Assembly (NCBI GenBank): GCA_016839705.1 | Contig: JAEOTR010000077.1 | Coordinates: 1 to 18,506, forward strand | DNA length: 18,506 nt | Source of the DNA: Promethearchaeota archaeon | Lineage (GTDB): Archaea; Asgardarchaeota; Lokiarchaeia; Sigyniarchaeales; SOKP01 | Direction of reading: 5' to 3' | Part shown: positions 1-8,381 of the stretch, one piece after another | Numbering within the stretch: position 1 is the stretch's first letter | How the letters are laid out: each line of letters starts with the position of its first letter | Notes under the pieces: model-generated | The model's database searches: none | Told to the model about the DNA's origin: nothing | Seen by the model: only the letters and a program-made list of their open reading frames with translations | Program-made: the position numbers and the translations under genes

Positions 1-56
1 TCAATGTAAATTTACACGGTGTGAGCGTGTCGTTATAGCCACTAAACCACTCGCGC
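1..56 (-). tRNA. tRNA-Val(CAC), 5' portion (acceptor 5' strand, D arm, anticodon arm); 3' part interrupted or outside the window
   Basis: The reverse complement from 56 reads GCGCGAG-TG-GTTT-AGTGGCTA-TAAC-G-ACACG-CTCACAC-CGTGT. It has U8, A14/G15, G18G19, a D stem, and a perfect 5-bp anticodon stem (30-26 with 18-14) around a 7-nt loop with U33, anticodon CAC (23-21) and A37. It is a GC-rich island in AT-rich DNA. The following bases (13..1, AAATTTACATTGA) do not fit a variable loop plus T stem. Confidence 0.85.
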
Positions 57-243
57 TAAATTCAATATAAGTATAATGGAAAATATGAATTAAACTTTAC
101 TGTATTCCAATTTTAAATTTAATTTATTAAATTATTAGTAAATCGATTTAAGAATTTAAGAATTTTTTAATGATCTTGTAAAGTCTTTTAGTTTAAATAT
201 TTCATTTCAATTCTTAACTTCAAACCTTTATTGAGTAACTCCT

Positions 244-2559
244 TTGGTGATAATTGTCGCAACGAATGAAGAATATATTTCTCACCCTTTAATTAAATTA
301 AATTTTGTTTCACGTAGAGAATACCAAGAATCAATATTTATTAATTGTTTGAATTGTAATTGCTTAGTTGTAATTCCTACAGGTTTAGGAAAAACTATTA
401 TTGCTTTAATGCTTGCAGCCCACAGGTTAACGGAGATGTCAAATTCAAAGGTTATTTTCTTAGCACCTACAAAACCATTAGTAGACCAACATTATAAATC
501 TTTTTTAAATCTTACTTTATTATCACCTGATTCATTACAAGTGTATACAGGTGCGATACTTCCAGAAAAAAGAAATTCGTTATGGAATCAAACAAAAATT
601 GCCTTTATGACACCCCAAGTACTACAAAACGATCTTATTTCAGGTTTATACTCAATTAAGGATGTTTCTTTGATTATTTTTGATGAATGCCATAGGGCTG
701 TGGGTGATTATGCTTATTGCTTTATTGCAAAAAAATATAAAGAGAGTGGTAACTCACATCAGATACTAGGGCTTACAGCTAGTCCTGGTTCCACTCAAGA
801 AAAAATAAATGAGATTAAAGAAAACTTATTTATTGACCATGTAGAGATTAGGACAGATAAAGATCTTGATGTCAAACCTTATATTCAGAAGGTAGATAAT
901 CAGTGGATTAAAATAAAACTCCCAAAAGAATTCATGGAAATTAAAAGATTTTTAGAAGAAAGATTAAGAACTATTTACAAATGGCTAAAAGAAAAGGAGT
1001 TAATTAATTCTTTTGATATCAACAAAATTACTCGAAAAGATCTCCTTAAATTAAATAATATCATTAACAGAAGAATCTCAGCTTCGAGGGATGATAATGA
1101 AAAATTTGATATGTTTAATGCTAAAAAACTGCAAGCAAATGCAATTAGGATATCACATATGTTGGAGCTTCTTGAGACACAAGGAGTTCATGCGCTAAAA
1201 GATTATATGGATAAAAATGAAGAAAAAATACGAGACAATACTGCTAATAAATCCTTAAAAGAATTATTTACAGATCAAGAGATTAAAAAAGTAATAAAAT
1301 ATACTAAAGAGTTAATTTCAGAGGGTATGGTTCATCCCAAACTTGAGAAATTAAAAGAATTACTGACTTCCCAAATACAAGATAATAACGATTCAAGAAT
1401 TTTAGTATTTTCTCATTTTCGAGATTCTGTTAATAATATTGTAAGATATTTCGAAGATGATAATATCATAAGGCCCCATAAGTTCGTTGGTCAGGCACAT
1501 AAAGGAGCTGATAAGGGGTTGACTCAAAAAGCACAGATTACACTTCTTGAAGAATTTAAAGAAGGAATATATAATACCCTAGTGGGTACTAGTGTTGCTG
1601 AAGAAGGGTTAGATATTGCTGAATGTGATATGGTTATATTTTATGATGTTGTTCCGAGTGCCATTCGCTCAATTCAACGACGAGGTAGAACTGGTCGTAA
1701 GAAAGAAGGAAAAGTATATATCTTGATGGCAGAAGGAACAAGAGATGAAGGATATTATTGGGCTGAAAAAGTAAAAGAAAAAAATATGAGAGAAAACTTA
1801 AAGGGAATTAAGAATTCTGAAAATGAATCAAAAAAGGGACAAGCGAGTCTTCTTAATTTTATTGAAAAACCTCAAAGAGATGGAAACTCAAATGAAAAGG
1901 TAGAAGGTGCGGATCAATTTAAAATTGTTTGTGATAATAGAGAAACAGCATCTCCAGTTGTTAGGAATTTATCATTGATGGGTGTTGATATAAAATTAGA
2001 ACAATTATCTGTAGCTGATTATGTAATTTCAAATCGAGTTGGCATTGAAAGAAAAACTTCGAAAGACTTTACAGATTCAATAAAAGATGGAAGGTTATTT
2101 AAAGAACTGAAGTCCCTAACAGATACTTATGAAAGGTCATTATTAATCTTAGAAGAGGATCCATTTATAGATTCAAATCTTAGTGAAAATGCTATCTATG
2201 GAGCTATATCATCAATTATTCTAAATTTAGGAGTAACAATATACAAAACAAAGGATGCCAAGGAGACTGCTATGTTTTTATACCAGTTAGCAAGAAGAGA
2301 GCAGTCTGAACGTAAATCGGCTTTAAAGTTAAGATTTGATAAAGCACCCATTGAACATTCTCAACTTTTAGAATATATTGTTGCCGGAATCCCTGGAGTT
2401 AATGCGCTCCGAGCAAAAAATTTATTGAAGGAATTAAAAACTCTCCAGAACATTTTCTTAGCAGATATACCTGATTTGACAAAAGTAGAAAATGTTGGGA
2501 AAAAAATAGCTCAAGAAATTTATAAAATTAGCCGATTTAGATACAAAAATGATAATTAG
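244..2559 (+). CDS. hef: Hef helicase-nuclease (SF2 DEAH helicase + ERCC4/XPF nuclease + HhH; FANCM/XPF homologue)
   Basis: Helicase motifs PTGLGKT, LAPTKPL, DECH, GLTASPG, TSVAEEGLDI and QRRGRTGR. C-terminal ERCC4 motifs DNRE...ADY...ERKTSKDF, then HhH (IPGVN, VENVGKK). The start could be TTG 244 or GTG 247. Confidence 0.95.
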   Translation: MVIIVATNEEYISHPLIKLNFVSRREYQESIFINCLNCNCLVVIPTGLGKTIIALMLAAHRLTEMSNSKVIFLAPTKPLVDQHYKSFLNLTLLSPDSLQVYTGAILPEKRNSLWNQTKIAFMTPQVLQNDLISGLYSIKDVSLIIFDECHRAVGDYAYCFIAKKYKESGNSHQILGLTASPGSTQEKINEIKENLFIDHVEIRTDKDLDVKPYIQKVDNQWIKIKLPKEFMEIKRFLEERLRTIYKWLKEKELINSFDINKITRKDLLKLNNIINRRISASRDDNEKFDMFNAKKLQANAIRISHMLELLETQGVHALKDYMDKNEEKIRDNTANKSLKELFTDQEIKKVIKYTKELISEGMVHPKLEKLKELLTSQIQDNNDSRILVFSHFRDSVNNIVRYFEDDNIIRPHKFVGQAHKGADKGLTQKAQITLLEEFKEGIYNTLVGTSVAEEGLDIAECDMVIFYDVVPSAIRSIQRRGRTGRKKEGKVYILMAEGTRDEGYYWAEKVKEKNMRENLKGIKNSENESKKGQASLLNFIEKPQRDGNSNEKVEGADQFKIVCDNRETASPVVRNLSLMGVDIKLEQLSVADYVISNRVGIERKTSKDFTDSIKDGRLFKELKSLTDTYERSLLILEEDPFIDSNLSENAIYGAISSIILNLGVTIYKTKDAKETAMFLYQLARREQSERKSALKLRFDKAPIEHSQLLEYIVAGIPGVNALRAKNLLKELKTLQNIFLADIPDLTKVENVGKKIAQEIYKISRFRYKNDN

Positions 2560-2679
2560 ATTTGGAAGGACACAAATCTCTAATTGATGAAAACCATAAT
2601 AAATTTAATAATTATTAATTATATTAATGAATTGATTTAGAAAGGATATTTAAAAAAATACAATCCGAGTAAACTTATT

Positions 2680-3264
2680 ATGATTAAATTTAAAGTCGTA
2701 GTTGCAGGGGCGAAAAACGTTGGAAAAACTTCATTAATCCGTAGGTATGCTACTGGAAAATTTGAAGTATCAACTTTATCTACAATTGGGGTTGATTTTG
2801 AGACAAAAAAAGTCATTGTGGATGACACAGAAATTCTTTTGAATATCTGGGATTTTGCTGGAGAGAAAAAATTCAGATTATTATTCCCTTCTTATGTTTC
2901 AGGGGCATCTGGGGCTTTAATGTTGTATGACGTTACTAACAACGATTCAGTAAATGATCTCTATGATTGGATAAATGTTATTTCTTCCGTACCAAATCCA
3001 CCTAAAACTAAAATTTTAATTGAAGCGAAAACAGATTTAAAGAGGAACGTGAAAAAGGAAGATGCGCAGCAGATATTTGACAAATTCGGTTTTCAAGGAG
3101 AAATACTTGAAACTTCAGCAAAAACAGGTAAAAATATAGAAAAAGCATTTGAAACACTAGGTCGTGAAATTCTTAAAAACTCTTTACAGAGATGCTCTAA
3201 TTGTGGAAAAATGTATCCCTTAGAGTTAAAGTTCTGTCAATATTGTGGGTCAAAAACGATTTAA
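2680..3264 (+). CDS. Rab-like Ras-superfamily small GTPase with C-terminal zinc ribbon
   Basis: G1 GAKNVGKT, G2/RabF1 STIGVDF, G3 IWDFAGE, deviant G4 EAKTD, G5 ETSAK. The C-terminus carries CSNC-x10-CQYC. Confidence 0.92.
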   Translation: MIKFKVVVAGAKNVGKTSLIRRYATGKFEVSTLSTIGVDFETKKVIVDDTEILLNIWDFAGEKKFRLLFPSYVSGASGALMLYDVTNNDSVNDLYDWINVISSVPNPPKTKILIEAKTDLKRNVKKEDAQQIFDKFGFQGEILETSAKTGKNIEKAFETLGREILKNSLQRCSNCGKMYPLELKFCQYCGSKTI

Positions 3265-3441
3265 ATTCCTAAATTCCCCAATAAAATGAAATCAGTTTGT
3301 AATTCTACTTTCTTCTTAGCAATTTCAATCAGTATCTAATTTTAATGATTGGATATTTGAGAAAAGCTAATTCTTTGAGAAAAATTTATTTAAAAGTCTG
3401 AATAAGAAAAATTATAATAAATTTTACTTTAGGTTTTAAAA

Positions 3442-4503
3442 TTGAGCTACGAAATTAAAGATGATATAAATGAAATCATCACAAGACTTAAAAAGGATGA
3501 AATTTCATTTGCGGGCAAGACGATACTTGTCACAGGTGGCGCCGGTTTTCTGGGTTCTTGGATATGTGATGTGTTAGTCGAACAAGGGGCATATTGCATT
3601 TGTTTAGATAATTTTTCATCGGGGCAGCCCGAGAATGTACTACACCTTATGAAAAGAAACAACTTTCGCTTTATTAATCATGATATTTCATACCCCATCT
3701 ATTTTGGGTTTTCTTATCATCCATTAGGTATTTGTATAGGGGATATCAAAAAAATTGACATAGTTATGCACATGGCAAGTAGAGCATCTCCATTTGAATT
3801 CGCGAAGGAACCAATTTCAATTCTAAAAAGTAATACACTAGGAACTATGAATACGTTAGGGATTGCAAAATTCCATAATGCAATTTTCTTTTATACAAGT
3901 ACCTCTGAAGTTTATGGGAATCCCCCAAAAGATGCTGTTCCTACTTCAGAAGGTTACTTTGGTCATGTAAATCCAGTTGGACCTAGAAGTTGTTATGATG
4001 AATCTAAAAGAGCGGGAGAAGCGTTTGTCAAAGCTTATGAGCTACAGCATCAAATGCGAACTAAAATCGTTAGAATTTTTAATACGTCTGGACCGAGAAT
4101 ACGATATGGTCCTGAATTTGGAAGAGTAGTACCAAACTTTATTCACCAAGCGATAAACGATGAGGACATTACTATCTTTGGGGATGGGAGCCAAACAAGA
4201 TCTTTCATTTATGTGGTAGATGAGATTGAAGGCCTTCTTAAGTATGTCCATAACGATGAGGTCATTGGAGAAGTAATTAATATAGGCAATGATAAAGAGT
4301 ACACCATAAAAGAATTAGCGGAGATTATAGTTGAATTAACTAATTCAAATTCAAAAATAGTATTTAAACCCCTACCTATTGATGATCCTATACGTAGATG
4401 TCCAAACATACAAAAAGCAAAAGAGATCCTAAACTGGGAACCCACTATTTCTTTACAAGAAGGATTAAAGAAAACAATTGCCTGGTTTAAAACTAATGAG
4501 TGA
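3442..4503 (+). CDS. UDP-glucuronate decarboxylase (UDP-xylose synthase, UXS-like), extended SDR family
   Basis: TGGAGFLG Rossmann motif, DNFSSG, ASRASP, STSEVYG, VNPVGPRSCYDESKR (YxxxK), RIFNT, GRVVPNFIHQA, FGDGSQTRSF and LPIDDP.RR.P are all typical of UXS1-type enzymes. TTG start. Confidence 0.88.
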   Translation: MSYEIKDDINEIITRLKKDEISFAGKTILVTGGAGFLGSWICDVLVEQGAYCICLDNFSSGQPENVLHLMKRNNFRFINHDISYPIYFGFSYHPLGICIGDIKKIDIVMHMASRASPFEFAKEPISILKSNTLGTMNTLGIAKFHNAIFFYTSTSEVYGNPPKDAVPTSEGYFGHVNPVGPRSCYDESKRAGEAFVKAYELQHQMRTKIVRIFNTSGPRIRYGPEFGRVVPNFIHQAINDEDITIFGDGSQTRSFIYVVDEIEGLLKYVHNDEVIGEVINIGNDKEYTIKELAEIIVELTNSNSKIVFKPLPIDDPIRRCPNIQKAKEILNWEPTISLQEGLKKTIAWFKTNE

Positions 4504-5020
4504 TCAATCCAAAAAGGATAAGAAAGACACTAATAGACAGAGTAAAAAGCAATTTGATCTCTTGCTTAAAGTCTGTTTAATTATTGGGATACTAGTTATT
4601 TCGGGTTTTATTATATATTATATAATTACGCCTGAACCTGGTTATGTTACTCTTGGAATTCTTAATTCGGAAAAAAAAGCTGAAAACTACCCCACTAATG
4701 CAACTGTAGGTCAGAATATTTCATTTTATGTCTCAGTTGAAAATCAAATGAAACGAGATTTTTCATTCCGAATTGAGATTTTAAAAGGAGATAATAAAAC
4801 TGTCGTATCTTCTTCTGGTTCTATCAATGCAACATCTTACTTTAACACTTCTAAAATTACATTATTGAATAATCAATTTTGGATGTCTGAAATGTGGAAT
4901 ATTTCATTTTCTCAACCTGGAGTTAATCAGAGGATTATTGTTGAACTTTGGGAAAGTAAAAATTCCGGAATTGAAAAATACTTTGACAATTTATATCTTT
5001 GGTTAAATATAACATCTTAA
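4496..5020 (+). CDS. DUF1616-like single-pass membrane protein with an extracellular beta-rich domain
   Basis: Basic N-terminus, one TM helix (LLLKVCLIIGILVISGFIIYYII), then LGILNSEKKAENYP...VGQNISFYVSVEN, which resembles archaeal DUF1616. The probable start is ATG 4496, overlapping the UXS gene end by 8 bp; the ORF track start is 4478. Confidence 0.7.
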   Translation: MSDQSKKDKKDTNRQSKKQFDLLLKVCLIIGILVISGFIIYYIITPEPGYVTLGILNSEKKAENYPTNATVGQNISFYVSVENQMKRDFSFRIEILKGDNKTVVSSSGSINATSYFNTSKITLLNNQFWMSEMWNISFSQPGVNQRIIVELWESKNSGIEKYFDNLYLWLNITS

Positions 5021-6393
5021 CTTACTGCTCCTATAATTTGTACGTCCTTAACTCTTACGTATGGGGCCTTTAATGAGCCATATGTTTTAAATTCTCTTGA
5101 TACAGCATCAATATTTTTAAATAAATCCAATAAGTTTATTCCAACCATGGTTTCATTAAGAGGATCTTTAATTTCTCCATTAAGTATTAAATTCCCGTGA
5201 AGTATTAAACCAGAAAAGTCTCCAGTTGAAATATTAGGAGAGTCTCCTGTATAGTCAAATAAAATTCCTTCCTTCACATCTTCTCTGATTTCTTCAATGC
5301 TTATATCCCCGTTTTGAAAGATAAAATTCGTTGTACTAATTGAAGGGATAGAACTATAGGAACTTCTTGAAGCATTTCCTGTACTTTCAACACCTTCCTT
5401 TCCTGCGGTATAGCTATTGTGTAGTAAACCACTTTTTAAAAATTTCCCCTTTTCAAAAATTTTTTTATTTTTACATGGAACACCTTCACCATCAAATATC
5501 GCAGATCCAACAGCACCATCAATTATTCCATTATCCTCAATGGTCATATACTCTGAGCCGAGAATTTCATCTCTTTTATCTACGAGAAAACTTCTTTTAT
5601 ATTGGAAAGTTTCCCCATTTATCGCGGATGCTATTGGTCTTAAAATAAGCTGCAATGTTCCTTTAGGAGTTAAGACTATTGGAACCTTCATATTTCTAAT
5701 TTTTTTCCTATTAAGATTCCTTTTAGCTTCTTCAAGAGCTGTTTGCACTATTTCGAATGCGTTTATTTTCTTTAATGTTCTTTCAGATTGCCATTCATAC
5801 CCAAATGAGGTTTCATTACTTACTTTATCTTTTACAATGATGTGTGAAGATAATGAACAACTAGTCTCCTTTCCTGAAATTTCTAATCCATTTGAATTAA
5901 ATATATTTGTTTTTGAGTAATATGACAAAAAACTTCCAGATTGAGAGATCGCCTTATCATCCTGTTCACAGACTTCAATTAAAGTATTAATATAGCTCAA
6001 TGAATCTTCTATTTGTAGATCTTTCAAGTTTGTATCAAACAAACCTTTAACTTCCGGATAATTTTGATATACACTTGGTAAATCATGGAAATCAGGATCA
6101 GGTGTACTAACTTTCATCATTTTCAGAGCAGAGTTACAAAGCTCTTCAACTTTTTTTTTTTCTATTGTATTCGAGAAGGCAAATCCTAAAGCTCCGTCTT
6201 TATTAATAACTCGAATGCTCACACCATGGTCTTCTCCTACTTCGCTATTCTTCACAGAATTTTCTTCTATATCTATGCTAATGTATTTGTTTTTTTCAAA
6301 AAAAACTTCAGATCGGATGAATTCATTAGTTCTTTGCTCAATTAATTCAAGGACAAAATTTGCAAGATAGTATATATCATAATCATATTCCAT
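5017..6393 (-). CDS. pmbA: TldE/PmbA family protein (non-catalytic subunit)
   Basis: GVSIRV..DGALGFA, FDGEGVP, LHNSYTA, STGNASR and TGDFS motifs. It has no HExxxH and abuts tldD with a zero-base gap. Confidence 0.9.
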   Translation of the reverse strand: MEYDYDIYYLANFVLELIEQRTNEFIRSEVFFEKNKYISIDIEENSVKNSEVGEDHGVSIRVINKDGALGFAFSNTIEKKKVEELCNSALKMMKVSTPDPDFHDLPSVYQNYPEVKGLFDTNLKDLQIEDSLSYINTLIEVCEQDDKAISQSGSFLSYYSKTNIFNSNGLEISGKETSCSLSSHIIVKDKVSNETSFGYEWQSERTLKKINAFEIVQTALEEAKRNLNRKKIRNMKVPIVLTPKGTLQLILRPIASAINGETFQYKRSFLVDKRDEILGSEYMTIEDNGIIDGAVGSAIFDGEGVPCKNKKIFEKGKFLKSGLLHNSYTAGKEGVESTGNASRSSYSSIPSISTTNFIFQNGDISIEEIREDVKEGILFDYTGDSPNISTGDFSGLILHGNLILNGEIKDPLNETMVGINLLDLFKNIDAVSREFKTYGSLKAPYVRVKDVQIIGAVS

Positions 6394-7839
6394 TTAATTT
6401 AAGCCTCCAACGGTCATATCTTCTATACGAATATGAGGTCCACCATCACAAACTCGAACACTTTGACCTCCCTTTCCACATATTCCATCAGAATAACTGG
6501 TTTGCTTTCCGATTGCTGAAATCTTATTTAAAACTTCAAGAATCATCCCGCTTAAGGAAACATCCCTCATTAATTCTTTTTTCTCTCCATTTTCAATTTT
6601 ATAAGAAAACTTACATTTAAACTGAAAGTTGCCAGTCGAAGGATCGGTATACCCATACTGAAAATCTTCACAAAGAATCCCATCTTTCGTATCTTCGATT
6701 ATTTCCTCGCTATTCCAATCACGTGGCTCTAAAAAGGTGAAACCCATACGAACTTGAGGTCTTGAAGATGAGGAAGATGCTCTTCCATGACCATTTGATT
6801 GAACACCCATTCTAGAAGAGGTTTCTAAATTATGTAAGTAATTTTTAAGGATTCCCTTCTCAATTATAGTTGTTTTTTGTGCGGGGATGCCCTCATCATC
6901 TACAAAATAACACCCAAACAAATCATATGGTAAATTAAATTTTTTGCCTTGATCCATACTCGGATTATCTAAGATATTAACTGTTTCTGATGCAACTTTT
7001 TCACCAATTTTTCCTTTCAATAAGCTATCATTGTTTAGCACCAAGTCTGCCTCAACACCATGTCCGAATGCCTCATGGATTAATGTCCCTGTCAATTTTG
7101 GATCCGTTATAATTGTTAATTTGCCCCCAATAGGCGATTTTGCATTTAATAGATCCACAGCTTCTTTAGCTGATTTTTTGCTCAAGTTCTCCGCCTTTTC
7201 TGTTTTTGCAATCTCAAAACCGCCAATACCCCCAATAGAATTTACTGCTCTCTGAATAATTCCATTTTGTTTAGAATATACTAGACTAAACAATCGTAAA
7301 AAGGATAAGTCTTGAAAAATGTAGCTATTGAAAGAATTTACTAACAAGCTGTTTGTATGACCATCAGTATAAAGGGTATGAGTATTCTTTATTTTTGGGG
7401 AATAATCAGACGCAACTTTCTCATGATATTTAACTAGATTGATTTTTTCTTCGATATCGACTTCTTCTAAATTCTTCTTACTGTTGACTTTGAAATCATG
7501 AATAATAGGATTCCGTGTTGTTATTTTGAACTTATTTTTACATAAGGATTCTGATAATTTAGCTAATTTACTTGCTTTTTGAAACCCTTTTAGTATCGAT
7601 TTTCTATTTAGATCTTTTAATACACAAAAACCCCACCCGCCATTAATAAAAGCTCTAATTCCACACTCGGTTATATAATGAGTAGAAATTTCTTTAGTTT
7701 TTAGATCGGTGAAATCTAAAGTAGTACCATGATTGATACCCGTTCTGACATCCCAAAATTCAATTTTATCTTTGGCAATATTATTTAATTCTTTGATTAA
7801 TTTATCATCAATTTCCTTTAAATCATCAGCAATATCCAT
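6394..7839 (-). CDS. tldD: TldD family metalloprotease
   Basis: HEAFGHGVEAD zinc motif, DDEG, SNGHGRA...PQVRM, and C-terminal CGKGGQSVRVCDGGP with the conserved Cys ligand. Confidence 0.93.
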   Translation of the reverse strand: MDIADDLKEIDDKLIKELNNIAKDKIEFWDVRTGINHGTTLDFTDLKTKEISTHYITECGIRAFINGGWGFCVLKDLNRKSILKGFQKASKLAKLSESLCKNKFKITTRNPIIHDFKVNSKKNLEEVDIEEKINLVKYHEKVASDYSPKIKNTHTLYTDGHTNSLLVNSFNSYIFQDLSFLRLFSLVYSKQNGIIQRAVNSIGGIGGFEIAKTEKAENLSKKSAKEAVDLLNAKSPIGGKLTIITDPKLTGTLIHEAFGHGVEADLVLNNDSLLKGKIGEKVASETVNILDNPSMDQGKKFNLPYDLFGCYFVDDEGIPAQKTTIIEKGILKNYLHNLETSSRMGVQSNGHGRASSSSSRPQVRMGFTFLEPRDWNSEEIIEDTKDGILCEDFQYGYTDPSTGNFQFKCKFSYKIENGEKKELMRDVSLSGMILEVLNKISAIGKQTSYSDGICGKGGQSVRVCDGGPHIRIEDMTVGGLN

Positions 7840-7975
7840 TTTGGTTTCTCTGCTCTATTTTCATTTAGAAATAATTATAAAGTATTTTAGTTAACAAAGA
7901 TTCATGAAAGAATTGGAGAAAATATCTTAAATACCTTTGTTTTTTCAATTATCTACTTTAATGTAGCAAAAAAAT

Positions 7976-8173
7976 TTAGGGCTTTACCTTTAGTTCTTTT
8001 ATAATCGCGATAGCTCCTTGTATTGTACATATTTTAGTGAACTTCGCAGCATTTTTGAATGAAAATGAATGGTTACACTTCCAACATTTTTTCATTTTAA
8101 TGACTCGATTACTGTAATACCATTCCCCACAGTTATAACATCGAAAAAAGAAGTATTTTATTTTATTATACAT
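7976..8173 (-). CDS. Small basic zinc-ribbon protein (DUF1922-like)
   Basis: 65 aa with FFRCYNCGEWYY...KKCWKC (two CxxC pairs) and a C-terminal helix. ATG start; it sits in an otherwise empty gap. Confidence 0.7.
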   Translation of the reverse strand: MYNKIKYFFFRCYNCGEWYYSNRVIKMKKCWKCNHSFSFKNAAKFTKICTIQGAIAIIKELKVKP

Positions 8174-8381
8174 ACAACGAGGATTAAGTGAATAGAAAAT
8201 TTATTCTATATTAGCTAAAAGATTTACTGATTTTTGCTTTTTTTAGTGATATGGTTGTTATTTAAAAATCATTAGTTGTACTCAATTGCTATAGAAATTA
8301 TTTTATCTTAAATAAAATAAGATATATGTTTTGATGAATCATTATTTTAAGTATAAGTAATTAAAAAAAAACGTAGAAATT

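Noticed and set aside
3205-3264. CAAX or CC prenylation signal on the GTPase, which would make it a substrate of the CPBP protease
   Set aside because: The protein ends CQYCGSKTI. The last Cys is sixth from the end and belongs to a CxxC pair, so it is not a CAAX, CC or CXC motif.
3356-3383. Direct repeat TTTGAGAAAA x2 (18-bp period) upstream of UXS
   Set aside because: Only two short copies in very AT-rich DNA, which is not enough to call an operator or array.
2637-4445. Minus-strand ORFs 2637-2828, 3447-3662, 4042-4251 and 4209-4445
   Set aside because: They lie antisense to the GTPase and UXS genes and have no motifs.
5367-7255. Plus-strand ORFs 5367-5648, 5417-5920, 6360-6620 and 7031-7255
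   Set aside because: They are antisense shadows of the well-supported tldE and tldD genes and have no recognisable motifs.
5017-7839. RiPP or microcin-like biosynthetic cluster around tldDE
   Set aside because: No YcaO, radical SAM enzyme, transporter or plausible precursor peptide is present in the window.
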